Positions 46,515-56,944 of a stretch of DNA of 64,000 nucleotides are shown in pieces. Source of the stretch: Burkholderiales bacterium (GTDB lineage: Bacteria > Pseudomonadota > Gammaproteobacteria > Burkholderiales > JACQAP01); assembly GCA_036274775.1 (NCBI GenBank), contig DASUFB010000049.1, positions 8,068 to 72,067 on the forward strand. The letters are read 5' to 3'. A program made the translations under genes and the position numbers. The stretch's first letter is position 1. Each line of letters starts with the position of its first letter. Under the pieces are notes generated by a model. It saw only the letters and a program-made list of their open reading frames with translations, did not search any database and was not told the DNA's origin.

Positions 46515-47407
46515 ATCTTGCGCGCTTCCTGGGCGCTGAACAGGCCCTTGGGCCGCAGGATCAGCACGGCGGCCATGACGAGGTAGATGCTGAACAAGTC
46601 GAGCTCCGGGCGGTAATGGACTGCCGCGGCACGCACGATGCCGACCAGCACGGCCGCGAGCGCGGCGCCGGGCAGGCTGCCGAGCCCGCCGATCACGACC
46701 ACCGCGAATGCGAGCACGATGGTCTCCGCGCCGATGCCCGGCTGCACGGAAATCATCGGCGCGGTCAGCGCGCCGCCCAGCGCGCCGAGCATCGCGCCCG
46801 CCGTGAAAGTCAGGAAATAGACGCGGCCGACGTTGATGCCCATCGCGGCCGACATTTCGCGGTCATGGATCACCGCCAGCAGCATCTTCCCCTGGCGCGT
46901 TTTCGCGAGGATCCAGGCGAGCACGGCTCCGACCAGCACCGCGGTGCCGAACAGCACGAGGTTGTAGTTCGGATAGGTGAGATCGCCGACGCTGAAGTTG
47001 CCGAGCAGGCCGTAGGGCTGCGCGATGAAATAGGGATCCACGCCCCATACCAGCTTCACGAGGTCCTCCAGGATCAGGAAGACCGCGTAGGTCACGAGCA
47101 CCAGCACGATCTCGTCCTTGCCGTACATGAAGCGCAGCAGGCCGCGCTCGATGATCGGCCCGGCGACCAGACCCACGAGCACCGCGGCCACCAGCAGCGC
47201 CCCGTAGCTTCCCATGGGGCTGTGCCCGTGGTTGATCCAGTAGCCCGCCAGAGAGGCCGCGCTGTACGCGCCGAGCGCGTACAGGCTGCCGTGGGCGATG
47301 TTCAGGATCTTCATCACGCCGTAGATCAGCGTGAGCCCGACCGCGATGATGAACAGCCAGGACGAGTAGATCAGGCCGTCGATGAGGACGGCGAGAATCT
47401 GGGACAT
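46511..47407 (-). CDS. HAAT-family ABC transporter permease, LivH-like
   Basis: 298 aa polytopic protein. N-terminus MSQILAVLIDGLIYSSWLFIIAVGLTLIYGVMKILNIAHG is typical of LivH. Confidence 0.9.
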   Translation of the reverse strand: MSQILAVLIDGLIYSSWLFIIAVGLTLIYGVMKILNIAHGSLYALGAYSAASLAGYWINHGHSPMGSYGALLVAAVLVGLVAGPIIERGLLRFMYGKDEIVLVLVTYAVFLILEDLVKLVWGVDPYFIAQPYGLLGNFSVGDLTYPNYNLVLFGTAVLVGAVLAWILAKTRQGKMLLAVIHDREMSAAMGINVGRVYFLTFTAGAMLGALGGALTAPMISVQPGIGAETIVLAFAVVVIGGLGSLPGAALAAVLVGIVRAAAVHYRPELDLFSIYLVMAAVLILRPKGLFSAQEARKI

Positions 47408-47429
47408 GGCGCGAGCGGCGGCCGGCTGC

Positions 47430-48710
47430 CTACCACTTGCCGGGTTTCATGCCTCCCTTGATCCAGTCCAGGCTCTTGACGCCCTCGGGGGGCTGCACGC
47501 GCTCGACCGGGTAGTACTTGACGTTAACCACGGTGACCCGGCCGTTGACCTCGCGCGTCTGGCCGTAGGCTGTGCCGGTGACGGCCTGGTGGCCCTTGCC
47601 GAGCTTCATCATGACCTTGCCGCTCGGCGAATCGAAGTTCTCGTACTCGAAGGCCTTGACGATGCTGTCGGTATCCGTGTTGCCGCCGGCCTTGGCCTTC
47701 TCGTAGGCGGTCTTCAGGCCGAGGAAGGCCTGCGCGACGCTGTACGCGGGGTAGTTGGGGTAGTTTTCCGCGCGCTCCTTGTAGATGGCGCGCAGCCAGT
47801 CGTTCAGCGCGCTCTTGGGCGCGTAGACACCGCTGGGGCCGCGCGCGCCGACGATGGTGCCGTCGGGGATGTTGCCTGGCAGGCGATGAAGGTAGGGCTC
47901 GCCGGCGACGAGGATCAGCTGGCTGCGCGCAAACAGGTCGCGCGGCTTGGCCTGCAGCATGAAGGCCTCGAGGTCGCCGCCCCACAGGCTCGAGTGGATG
48001 ACGTCGGAATTGCTCTGCAGCAGGGCCGAGATCTCGGGGCCGTACTGCCCCGCGCCGAACTTCGGCATCTGCGACGTGGTGATCTGGATGTCCGGCCGCA
48101 GCGCGGACATCACGGCCGTGAAGTCCGCCCAGGAATCCTGGCCGTAGGCGTAGTTCTGGTTGATGCCGCCGTAGCTCTTCATGCCCGGGTGGCTTTCCAG
48201 CAGATAGAGCGCACCGGCCACCGCATCCATGGTCGCGTGCGGGCGCGTGCGGAACACGTACTTGTAGCTCGCGTCCTCGAACACGCGCGGCGTGCCGCAA
48301 TCGAACAGCACGGTGATCTTCTTGAGCTCCTCCGCGACCGGCGCGACCGCGAGGCAGTCACCGCTGCCGATGTAGCCGATCACGAAATCGACGTCCTGGC
48401 GCTCGACGAGGTTGCGCAGCTCGGCCACCTGCTTCGTGGCGCCGCCGGCCTCGTCGATGATGACCAGCTCCAGCGGCGTGCCGCCGAAGCCCTTGGCGGC
48501 ATAGGGAGCAGGGACCTTGCCGGCATTCAGCGAATCGACGATCGCCTCGGCCGCGATTTTCGCCGGCACGCCGAACGGTCCCGCCGCCGGGCCGGACAGG
48601 AAGGTCACGAGCCCGATGCGGATCGGCTTGTCGTCGGCAGACGCGGACGCAGCGACCAGCGCGCCGGCAAGGACACAGGCGAAAATCTTGAGAAAACTGG
48701 CAGTGCGCAT
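47430..48710 (-). CDS. HAAT-family ABC transporter periplasmic substrate-binding protein
   Basis: SD GGGAGGA. Signal peptide MRTASFLKIFACVLAGALVAASASA. Type I periplasmic binding fold. Ligand unknown. Confidence 0.85.
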   Translation of the reverse strand: MRTASFLKIFACVLAGALVAASASADDKPIRIGLVTFLSGPAAGPFGVPAKIAAEAIVDSLNAGKVPAPYAAKGFGGTPLELVIIDEAGGATKQVAELRNLVERQDVDFVIGYIGSGDCLAVAPVAEELKKITVLFDCGTPRVFEDASYKYVFRTRPHATMDAVAGALYLLESHPGMKSYGGINQNYAYGQDSWADFTAVMSALRPDIQITTSQMPKFGAGQYGPEISALLQSNSDVIHSSLWGGDLEAFMLQAKPRDLFARSQLILVAGEPYLHRLPGNIPDGTIVGARGPSGVYAPKSALNDWLRAIYKERAENYPNYPAYSVAQAFLGLKTAYEKAKAGGNTDTDSIVKAFEYENFDSPSGKVMMKLGKGHQAVTGTAYGQTREVNGRVTVVNVKYYPVERVQPPEGVKSLDWIKGGMKPGKW

Positions 48711-48834
48711 GGCGATCCTCCCTTGAGCGGCCGCGGCGGCCGATGTCGATGTGCGGCTGCGTCCTCGATGGGGCGCCGCTATCCAGCCGGAATCTAGCAG
48801 GTTTCCCGAGCCGCGGGCAACGTGGGCGGCGGCT

Positions 48835-50244
48835 TCAGCCGTCCGCCAGCCGGCCGCGCGCGCGCGCGATCGCCTGCCGCACCTGCGCGGGCGCGGTGCC
48901 GCCGACGTGGTCGCGCGCAGCGAGCGAGCCTTCCGGCGAAAGCTTGCCGGTCACGTCGTCCTCGATCAGCGCGGAGAACTGGCGCAATTGCGCGACGCCG
49001 AGCTGCGCGAGGTCGACGCCCTTTTCAGCGGCGCTGCGCACGGCGCGCGCGACGACCTCGTGGGCCTCGCGGAACGGCAGGCCCTTCCTGACCAGATAGT
49101 CGGCGAGGTCGGTCGCGGTGGCATAGCCCAGCGTGGCCGCCCGGCGCATGGCCGCGGCGTCGACCGCGATGCCGGCCACCATGTCGGCGTAGATCCTCAG
49201 CGTCGCCGTGATCGTGTCGACCGTGTCGAACAGGGGTTCCTTGTCTTCCTGGTTGTCCTTGTTGTAGGCGAGCGGCTGGCCCTTCATGAGCGTGAGCAGC
49301 GCCACGAGGTGGCCGTTGACGCGCCCGGTCTTGCCGCGCACGAGCTCGGGCACGTCCGGGTTTTTCTTCTGCGGCATCATCGACGAACCGGTGCAGAAAC
49401 GGTCGGCGAGCCGGATGAAGCCGAAGGGCTGGCTCATCCACAGGATCAGCTCCTCGGACAGGCGCGACAGGTGCGTCATGAGCAGCGCGGCGCAGGCGCA
49501 GAATTCGATGGCGAAGTCGCGATCCGACACGGCGTCGAGGGAGTTCTCGCAGACGCCGTCGAAGCCCAGCTCCTTCGCCACGCGCTCGCGGTCGATCGGG
49601 AACGTCGTGCCGGCGAGCGCCCCGGCCCCCAGCGGGAGGCGGTTCAGACGCACCCGGCAGTCGGCGAAGCGCGACGCGTCGCGCGCGAGCATCTCGAAAT
49701 ACGCCATCAGGTGATGAGCGAAGCTCACCGGCTGGGCCACCTGCAGGTGCGTGAAGCCTGGCATGAGCGTGTCGACGTGGCGCTCGGCGAGGCCGAGCAG
49801 GCGCTCCTGCAGCGCGTGCACGAGCGCGATCGTCTCGTCGATCGCCGCGCGCAGGTACAGCCTCACGTCGGTGGCGATCTGGTCGTTGCGCGAACGCGCG
49901 GTATGCAGCCGCTTGCCGGCTTCGCCCACGAGGTCGGTCAGGCGCTTCTCGATGTTGAGATGAACGTCCTCGAGGTCGATCGACCACGGAAACTTGCCGG
50001 CCCGGATTTCCTCCGAGATGGCCGCCATGCCGCGCTCGATGTCGGCGAGGTCGCGCTCCGTCAGCACTCCGGCGGCGCGCAGCATGCGCGCGTGCGCGAG
50101 CGAGCCCTGGATGTCGAACTCGGCCAGCCGCTTGTCGAAGTCGACCGACGCCGTATAGCGCTTGACCAGTTCCGCCACCGGCTCGTCGAACCTGCCGGAC
50201 CACGCCCTGGTCGTGCCGCCCGCGGGTGGTTCATGTGGTTGCAT
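48835..50244 (-). CDS. argH: Argininosuccinate lyase
   Basis: N-terminal [23 protein letters not shown] and the fumarate-lyase signature [12 protein letters not shown]. Confidence 0.96.
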   Translation of the reverse strand: MQPHEPPAGGTTRAWSGRFDEPVAELVKRYTASVDFDKRLAEFDIQGSLAHARMLRAAGVLTERDLADIERGMAAISEEIRAGKFPWSIDLEDVHLNIEKRLTDLVGEAGKRLHTARSRNDQIATDVRLYLRAAIDETIALVHALQERLLGLAERHVDTLMPGFTHLQVAQPVSFAHHLMAYFEMLARDASRFADCRVRLNRLPLGAGALAGTTFPIDRERVAKELGFDGVCENSLDAVSDRDFAIEFCACAALLMTHLSRLSEELILWMSQPFGFIRLADRFCTGSSMMPQKKNPDVPELVRGKTGRVNGHLVALLTLMKGQPLAYNKDNQEDKEPLFDTVDTITATLRIYADMVAGIAVDAAAMRRAATLGYATATDLADYLVRKGLPFREAHEVVARAVRSAAEKGVDLAQLGVAQLRQFSALIEDDVTGKLSPEGSLAARDHVGGTAPAQVRQAIARARGRLADG

Positions 50245-50316
50245 TGGCGCTTTGCCCCGTTCACAATGAATGCGTTAAACAATTGTTTTGGCGCGCGTTT
50301 CGGCGCCACCGCAAGG

Positions 50317-51330
50317 ATGCCAAGTATAAATCAATTCCCCGCGGGCACCCTGCTGCCGAATTTTCGCAACCTGGGTGTCATCCTGCGCGTCCTGCTCGTT
50401 GTTACGGCGCTCACCGTCATGGCGGCGATGCTCAAGTCGTCCACCTGGAACGGCTTCATGCAGCAGTGGCTCGCCATCGTCGCCGTGGTGCAACCCATCG
50501 CCATCGTCTCGGTGCTGGTGCTGGGCGCGGCCAATGCCGGCTTGCACGGCATCGACTACCGCTCGGCCGTGGCCGTGATCGTGCTGCTCGAGGTCGTCAT
50601 CACGCTGGGCGTGCTGAAGTTTGGCGCCGCCGTCCTCGAGATCGACACGGACAACGGCGTGCGCGATGCGCTGTTCGCGGTGGTCACCACGCTCGTCCTG
50701 ATCGGATACTTCAACCTGCGCAACCGCGCGCTGTCGCCGGCGTTGTCGGAAGCGCGCCTGCAGGCGCTGCAGGCCCGCATCCGGCCGCATTTCCTGTTCA
50801 ACAGCATCAACGCGGTGCTGTCGCTCGTGCGGGCGGAGCCGCGGCGGGCCGAGGCCGCGCTCGAGGACATGGCCGACCTGTTCCGTGTCCTCATGGCGGA
50901 CAACCGTGACCTCGCGCCGCTGGAAAACGAGGTCGAGCTCTGCAGGCAATATCTCGGGCTGGAGCAGTTGCGGCTGGGCGAGCGGCTGCGCATCGACTGG
51001 CACGTGGACAACATGCCGCGCGACGCGCTGGTGCCACCGCTGGTGCTGCAGCCGCTGCTGGAGAATGCCGTGTACCACGGCATCGAGCCGTCGGTCGAGC
51101 CGGGCGTGGTCAGCGTCAACATCTACCACGTGCGCGACCAGGTGCACATGGTGCTGCGCAATCCCTACCGCCGCGACGGCAGTCACCACGCGGGCAACAA
51201 GATGGCGCTCGCCAACGTCCGCGAGCGGCTGGCGCTGCATTTCGATGCCGAGGCGAGCCTGCAGGCGCGCGTGGGCGACAGCCAGTACGAGGTGCACATC
51301 ACGATCCCCTACGTGAAGGCCAGCGAGTGA
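50317..51330 (+). CDS. algZ: LytS-type sensor histidine kinase (AlgZ/FimS-like)
   Basis: Four N-terminal TM segments, then the His_kinase motif [14 protein letters not shown] and an ATPase domain. Divergent from argH and followed by a LytTR regulator, as at the Pseudomonas algZ-algR locus. Confidence 0.8.
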   Translation: MPSINQFPAGTLLPNFRNLGVILRVLLVVTALTVMAAMLKSSTWNGFMQQWLAIVAVVQPIAIVSVLVLGAANAGLHGIDYRSAVAVIVLLEVVITLGVLKFGAAVLEIDTDNGVRDALFAVVTTLVLIGYFNLRNRALSPALSEARLQALQARIRPHFLFNSINAVLSLVRAEPRRAEAALEDMADLFRVLMADNRDLAPLENEVELCRQYLGLEQLRLGERLRIDWHVDNMPRDALVPPLVLQPLLENAVYHGIEPSVEPGVVSVNIYHVRDQVHMVLRNPYRRDGSHHAGNKMALANVRERLALHFDAEASLQARVGDSQYEVHITIPYVKASE

Positions 51331-52100
51331 GCGCGCATCCGCAGGCGCTGAAGATCGTCATCGCCGACGACGAGACGCCGGCGCGGAGCCGGGTGCGGGA
51401 CCTGCTCGAGGATTGCGCGAGCAGCTTCCCGATCGAGCTCGTCGGCGAGGCGTCCAGCGGAATCGAGCTGCTGTCGCTGCTGCAGGATTCGCCCGCCGAT
51501 CTGGTGCTTCTGGACATCCGCATGCCCGGCATGGACGGCATCGAGGCGGCCCGGCACCTGCTCAAGCTGCCGGAACCGCCCTCGGTCATTTTCACCACCG
51601 CGTACGACGACTATGCCCTGAAGGCCTTCGAGCTGCACGCGGTGGACTACCTGGTCAAGCCCATCCGGCTGCGCCGGCTGCACGACGCGCTGACCCGCGT
51701 GCGGGCCATCACGCCGCTGCGTCTCGACGTCCTGCAGAGGGTGGGCCCGGAACCGCGGCGGCACCTGTCGGTGCAGGAACGCGGCAAGGTCACGCTGATT
51801 CCGGTGTCCGACATCCGCTACCTGCGCGCCGAGCTCAAGTACGTGACCGTGCGAACGGCCACGGCCGAGTACCTGGTCGAAGAATCGTTGTCCCGCCTCG
51901 AGCAGGAATTCGCCGAGCAGTTCGTGCGCATCCACCGCAGCTGCCTGGTGGCGAAGGCCCACATCGCCGGGTTCGAGAAGGAGGCCGGCGACGGCGGCGA
52001 GTCGCGCTGGCGGGTGGTCCTGGCAGGCATCGGCGAGAGGCTGCCGGTGAGCCGGCGCCAGCAGCATGTCGTGCGCCAGATCGGCCGCAGCCTCGCGTAG
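51327..52100 (+). CDS. algR: LytTR-family response regulator (AlgR-like)
   Basis: GTG overlaps the algZ stop. Receiver domain (KIVIADDE...[14 protein letters not shown]) plus a C-terminal LytTR DNA-binding domain. Confidence 0.85.
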   Translation: MSAHPQALKIVIADDETPARSRVRDLLEDCASSFPIELVGEASSGIELLSLLQDSPADLVLLDIRMPGMDGIEAARHLLKLPEPPSVIFTTAYDDYALKAFELHAVDYLVKPIRLRRLHDALTRVRAITPLRLDVLQRVGPEPRRHLSVQERGKVTLIPVSDIRYLRAELKYVTVRTATAEYLVEESLSRLEQEFAEQFVRIHRSCLVAKAHIAGFEKEAGDGGESRWRVVLAGIGERLPVSRRQQHVVRQIGRSLA

Positions 52101-52186
52101 GCGCCACCCCTGTGGTTTTGCACCGGCGGAATTTGTCCTATGATCCGCGTTGTTTCCATTCATCGCCCGGAATGAGGAGTTTTCGC

Positions 52187-52657
52187 ATGGCGGCAGACCT
52201 CGGAATCAAGGAAAAGGACCGGCAGAAAATCGTGGAAGGCCTGTCGAAGCTGCTGGCCGACACCTACACGCTGTACCTGAAGACCCACAATTTCCACTGG
52301 AATGTGACGGGACCGATGTTCCAGACGCTGCACCTGATGTTCCAGGAGCAGTACACGGAGCTGTGGACCAACGTCGATCTCATCGCGGAGCGCATCCGCT
52401 CGCTCGATGCGCCGGCGCCCGGCACCTACACCCAGTTCATCAAGCTCGCAACCGTCCGCGAGACGACGGGCGTGCCGAAGGCGCAGGACATGATCCGCAT
52501 CCTGCTCGATGGACACGAGACCGTCACGCGCACTGCCCGCAAGGCCTTCCCGGCGGCGGAAAAGGGCGGCGACCAGCCCACCATGGACCTGCTGACGCAG
52601 CGCATGGAGGTGCACGAGAAGACGGCCTGGATGCTCCGCAGCCTGCTGGAGAAGTAA
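52187..52657 (+). CDS. dps: Dps (DNA starvation/stationary-phase protection, ferritin-like)
   Basis: [34 protein letters not shown] is the Dps ferroxidase-site signature. 156 aa. Confidence 0.93.
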   Translation: MAADLGIKEKDRQKIVEGLSKLLADTYTLYLKTHNFHWNVTGPMFQTLHLMFQEQYTELWTNVDLIAERIRSLDAPAPGTYTQFIKLATVRETTGVPKAQDMIRILLDGHETVTRTARKAFPAAEKGGDQPTMDLLTQRMEVHEKTAWMLRSLLEK

Positions 52658-52668
52658 CGGGATCGTCC

Positions 52669-52697
52669 GCCGGCGCGCGGTATCGACGCGCGCCGGC
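52669..52697 (+). terminator. Probable terminator after dps
   Basis: 11-bp stem GCCGGCGCGCG/CGCGCGCCGGC with a 7-nt loop. The downstream T-run is weak (CCCTGTTTC). Confidence 0.5.
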
Positions 52698-52811
52698 CCT
52701 GTTTCCCGGCCCGCCGGGCTGCCAGGAACGGGCACGACTCCGGGAGGCGCGGAAGGCGCGTGCTAGAATCGCCCGCCTCATTTCGCCCGGCGACCCATCC
52801 CGCGGGCCGGC

Positions 52812-53777
52812 ATGGCCACCGTCTCTTCCGATGCTTCCTGCGTGATCCAAGAACTCGTCATCGCCACCCGCGAGAGCCCGCTCGCGATGTGGCAGGCCGA
52901 GCACATACGCTCGCGCCTGCTGGCGCTGCATCCCGCGTTGCGGGTGCGCCTGCTCGGCATGACCACCCAGGGCGACCGCGTGCTCGACACGTCGCTGTCG
53001 AAGATCGGCGGCAAGGGCCTGTTCGTGAAGGAGCTGGAAACCGCGCTGGAATCGGGCCGGGCCGACATCGCCGTGCATTCGATGAAGGACGTGCCGATGA
53101 ACCTGCCGGCGGGTTTCACGATCGCGGCCGTGACCGAACGCGAGGACCCGCGCGATGCATTCGTCTCCAACCGCTTCATGCGGCTGGAAGACCTGCCCGA
53201 CGGCGGCGTGGTCGGCACTTCCAGCCTGCGCCGCGAAAGCCAGCTGCGTGCGTGCATGCCGCGGCTGCGCGTGGAAGCCCTGCGCGGAAACGTGCAGACC
53301 CGGCTGCGCAAGCTCGACGAGGGGACCTACGACGCGATCATCCTCGCGGCGGCCGGGCTCAAGCGCCTCGGCCTGTCCGCGCGCATCACCGCGATCCTCG
53401 AGCCTTCCCGCAGCCTGCCCGCAGTGGGCCAGGGCGCCCTCGGGGTGGAGTGCCGCTCGGCACGCGCGGATCTCGTCGCGATGCTCGCGCCGCTCGACCA
53501 TGCCCAGACGCGCTGGTGCGTCGAGGCGGAGCGCGCCATGAGCCGCGCGCTCGCGGGAAGCTGCCAGGTCCCCCTGGGGGGGTATGCCGAGATCAGCGCG
53601 GGCAGCGGGCGGCTGCGCGGATTCGTGGCGAGCCCGGACGGCAGCCGCATGATCTCGGACGAGGCCACCATGCCCGCAGCGGGCATCGCCGAGGAGCTCG
53701 GCGCCGCCGTCGCGCGGCGCCTGATCGGCAAAGGCGCGCTGGAACTGCTCGCCGGCCTGGAAGGGCAGGCATCTTGA
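52812..53777 (+). CDS. hemC: Hydroxymethylbilane synthase (porphobilinogen deaminase)
   Basis: [37 protein letters not shown], and the cofactor Cys region [13 protein letters not shown]. Confidence 0.96.
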   Translation: MATVSSDASCVIQELVIATRESPLAMWQAEHIRSRLLALHPALRVRLLGMTTQGDRVLDTSLSKIGGKGLFVKELETALESGRADIAVHSMKDVPMNLPAGFTIAAVTEREDPRDAFVSNRFMRLEDLPDGGVVGTSSLRRESQLRACMPRLRVEALRGNVQTRLRKLDEGTYDAIILAAAGLKRLGLSARITAILEPSRSLPAVGQGALGVECRSARADLVAMLAPLDHAQTRWCVEAERAMSRALAGSCQVPLGGYAEISAGSGRLRGFVASPDGSRMISDEATMPAAGIAEELGAAVARRLIGKGALELLAGLEGQAS

Positions 53778-54541
53778 CGGTGCCGCTCGCCGGTGCCGGC
53801 ATCCTGGTCACGCGTCCGGCCGCGCAGGCCGGGCGACTCGCGCAGCTGGTACGCGAGGCCGGGGGCCTCCCGGTCCTGCTCCCCGCGCTCGAGATAGAGC
53901 CTCTGCCGCAGGCCGTTCCGGCCGACGTTGCGCGCGGCTGCGACCTGGTCATATTCGTCAGTCCGAACGCCGTCCGCCATGGATTGCAGAAGCTGCAGTC
54001 CGCAGCAGTCCTCGGCACCGCCACGAGGGTCGCGGCGATCGGTCCCGGCACGGCCGCGGAGTTGAAAAAAGGCGCAGTGGGGGACATCATTTCACCGCGT
54101 TGCGGCTACGACAGCGAAGCGCTGGCGGCGGAACTTTCCGATCGCTCGCCCGGCAAGGTCCTCATCGTCAGGGGACAGGGCGGGCGCGGGTGGCTTGGCG
54201 AAGCCCTGCGCGGACGCGGAGCGACGGTGTCCTATTTCGAGTGCTACCGCCGCAGCCGCCCGGCCGGCGGCCTGGGTGAGCTGCTCGACGGCCCGGTGCG
54301 CGGGCGCGTCCGCGCGTGCACGGCGACGAGCTCGAGCATCGTCGAGAACCTGTTCGAAATGGGCGCCGCCGCAGGCGCGGCATGGCTGCGGCACATGCCG
54401 TTCTTCGTTTCGCACCCCAGGGTGGCGGCAGCGGCGTTCGCGCGCGGGGTCCGGACCATTTTCGTCACCGGCAACGGCGACGCGGCGCTGACGGCGGGGC
54501 TGGTGGCATGGTTCGCCCGCGAGCGACCGTCACGGGACTGA
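53774..54541 (+). CDS. hemD: Uroporphyrinogen-III synthase
   Basis: TTG 53774 (or GTG 53780) overlaps the hemC stop. HemD-like [18 protein letters not shown]. Operon position hemC-hemD-hemX-hemY. Confidence 0.8.
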   Translation: MTVPLAGAGILVTRPAAQAGRLAQLVREAGGLPVLLPALEIEPLPQAVPADVARGCDLVIFVSPNAVRHGLQKLQSAAVLGTATRVAAIGPGTAAELKKGAVGDIISPRCGYDSEALAAELSDRSPGKVLIVRGQGGRGWLGEALRGRGATVSYFECYRRSRPAGGLGELLDGPVRGRVRACTATSSSIVENLFEMGAAAGAAWLRHMPFFVSHPRVAAAAFARGVRTIFVTGNGDAALTAGLVAWFARERPSRD

Positions 54542-54566
54542 CAGGCAGGATATCCAGGCGGCAGAC

Positions 54567-55610
54567 ATGAGCGAATCCCCCGATCAGGCCAGGCGAGCGG
54601 AGCCGGCCCCGGCGCCGGCGGCGCCGAGAGCGTATGCGACGCTCGCTCTCGTGCTGGCCATGGCGGCTCTGTTGCTCGCTGCATGGCAGTGGTTCGATTC
54701 GCGCCGGGGCATGGACGCCATCGGCCGCGACGTCGCGAAACGGCTGGCCGAAATCGACGCGGCGGCCCATGAGTCGCGCGCGCTGGCCGCACAGTCCCGC
54801 GACGCAATGAGCGACGCGAACGCCAGGCTGGGGCAGCTCGAGGCGCGCATGTTCGAGACGCAGAACCAGCGGCTCGCACTGGAGTCCCTCTATCGCGACC
54901 TGTCGCGCGGCCGCGACGAATGGACGCTCGCCGAGGTGGAGCAGGTGCTGCTGATCGCCAACCAGCAGTTGCAGCTCGCCGGCAACGTGAAGGCCGCCCT
55001 GATCGCGCTGGAAAGCGCGGACGCGCGGCTCGCGCGCATGGACAGGCCGCAGCTCACGGCGCTGCGGCGCGTGATCGGCCAGGACATGGAAAAGCTGAGG
55101 GCCGCCCCCTACGCGGACGTCGTCGGCATGGCGCTGCGCCTGGACAACGTCGCATCGCAGGTGGACGGCCTGCCGCTCGGCACCGAGCGGCGGCCGACGC
55201 AAGCGGGGCCGCAGCAGGACGCGGCGACGGAGGGGTTCTGGCGGCGCGGATGGCGCGAGCTGGCCAGGGACATCCGCGAGCTGATCCGCATCCAGAACGT
55301 CGAGCGGCCGGAACCGCCGCTGCTTGCGCCCGAGCAGGCCTACTTCCTCAGGGAAAACCTCAGGCTGCGGCTGCTGGGCGCGCGCCTGTCCCTGCTTGCG
55401 CGCGACGAGGCGAGCTTCCGCGCGGACGTGAAGGCCGCGTCGGGCTGGCTGGCGCGCTACTTCGATGCGTCAAGCAAGCCCGTGGCGGCCGCGCAGGCCA
55501 CGCTCGCGCAATTGCAACGCGTGGACTTCGGCACGCGCGTGCCCGACATTTCCGCGAGCCTCGATGCCGCGCGCAGCCTGCGCATCGTGCACGAGCGCGC
55601 TCTGCGCTAG
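54567..55610 (+). CDS. hemX: HemX-family membrane protein (uroporphyrinogen-III C-methyltransferase-like annotation)
   Basis: N-terminal TM segment (ATLALVLAMAALLLAAW) followed by a long coiled-coil periplasmic region. Position after hemD. Confidence 0.8.
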   Translation: MSESPDQARRAEPAPAPAAPRAYATLALVLAMAALLLAAWQWFDSRRGMDAIGRDVAKRLAEIDAAAHESRALAAQSRDAMSDANARLGQLEARMFETQNQRLALESLYRDLSRGRDEWTLAEVEQVLLIANQQLQLAGNVKAALIALESADARLARMDRPQLTALRRVIGQDMEKLRAAPYADVVGMALRLDNVASQVDGLPLGTERRPTQAGPQQDAATEGFWRRGWRELARDIRELIRIQNVERPEPPLLAPEQAYFLRENLRLRLLGARLSLLARDEASFRADVKAASGWLARYFDASSKPVAAAQATLAQLQRVDFGTRVPDISASLDAARSLRIVHERALR

Positions 55611-55642
55611 AGCATGGTCGCCCGGTCCGCGAGGAAGCCCTG

Positions 55643-56851
55643 ATGCGCGCGCTGCTGTGGGGCCTCGCCCTGTTCGCCGCTGCCGTCGGGCTGGTGGCGG
55701 CGGCACGCTACAACAGCGGATACGTGCTGATCGTGCTGCCGCCGTGGCGCGCCGAGCTGTCGTTCAATTTCGCGGTCATCCTGCTGCTGGTGGTTCTCGT
55801 GGCGGCGTATGCCGTCGTGCGCACCGTCGCGATCACGATGACCATGCCGGCGCGCGTGCATGCGTTCCAGCGCCGGCGGGCCGAGAGCCGCGCGCGGGCC
55901 ACCTTCAACGATGCGCTGGTCAACTATTTCGAGGGTCGCTTCGGCCGCGCGGAAAAGGCCGCGGCGGCGGCGCTCAAGGCCGGCGAATCCCCCGGCCTGT
56001 CGGCGGTGCTCGCCGCTCGTGCGGCGCACGGCATGCGGGCGTTCGCGGCCCGCGACAAGTATCTCGCAAGGTCGGCCGGCGCGGCAGCCGGCGACGAGGC
56101 CATCAAGCTCATGGCGCAGGCCGAGATGCTGCTCGACGAACGCCGCTACTACGACGCGCTCGACGTGCTGAGGAAGCTGCCGGAAAAGCACACGGCTGCG
56201 CTGCGGCTCGAACTGCGCGCGCAGCAGATGGCGAGAAACTGGGAACGCGTGCTGGCGTTGATCCCGCTGCTGGAGAAGCGCAGGGTGTTCGAGCGCCCGG
56301 TCATGGCGCAGCTGCACAGGCAGGCCGTCATCGAGGGTCTCAAGCGCAAGGCGGTGGACGAGAGGTCGCTGCGCGAGTACTGGGGGCGGCTCGGGACCGA
56401 GGACAGGCGCGATGCACGCGTCGCCGCGACCGCCGCGCAGGCCTTCGCGGACCTCGCTGGCTGCGCGGAAGCGCACCGTATCGTCGAAGAGGGGCTGGAG
56501 CACCAGTGGGATCCGGCGCTGCTCGCGATCTATTCGCAGTGCCCGGCCGCGGATGCCCGCCGGCAGCTGGAGCGCGCCGAGGACTGGCTGCGCGAGCATC
56601 CGCGCGACGCCGTGCTGCTGCTGACCTTGGGCCGGCTGTGTGCGCAGCAGGGCCTGTGGGGCAAGGCGCGCAGCTACCTGGAGGCGAGCCTGTCGGTCGA
56701 GGCCACGCACTCGGCGCACCTCGAGCTCGGGCGGCTGCTGGAGCGCGAGGGCAAGCCGACCGAAGCCGCCGCGGAATACCAGAAGGCGCTTGCCGTGACG
56801 CTCGAGCAGTTGAAGCATCACGGCGGCGGGCGGCGGCGGCCGCTGGTCTGA
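55643..56851 (+). CDS. hemY: HemY-family protein (TPR-containing, heme biosynthesis-associated)
   Basis: Start MRALLWGLALFAAAVGLVAAARYNSGYVLIVLPPWRAELSFNFAVILLL (HemY_N), with TPR repeats at the C-terminus. Confidence 0.85.
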   Translation: MRALLWGLALFAAAVGLVAAARYNSGYVLIVLPPWRAELSFNFAVILLLVVLVAAYAVVRTVAITMTMPARVHAFQRRRAESRARATFNDALVNYFEGRFGRAEKAAAAALKAGESPGLSAVLAARAAHGMRAFAARDKYLARSAGAAAGDEAIKLMAQAEMLLDERRYYDALDVLRKLPEKHTAALRLELRAQQMARNWERVLALIPLLEKRRVFERPVMAQLHRQAVIEGLKRKAVDERSLREYWGRLGTEDRRDARVAATAAQAFADLAGCAEAHRIVEEGLEHQWDPALLAIYSQCPAADARRQLERAEDWLREHPRDAVLLLTLGRLCAQQGLWGKARSYLEASLSVEATHSAHLELGRLLEREGKPTEAAAEYQKALAVTLEQLKHHGGGRRRPLV

Positions 56852-56944
56852 AGCGCGTGCATCTGCATCGAAAGCCCGCTCGATTTCGCCCGCAGGAACC
56901 AGGCTCCCGTCCCGCAGTCGCTTCCGGCAGATGACGTCGTCGAC

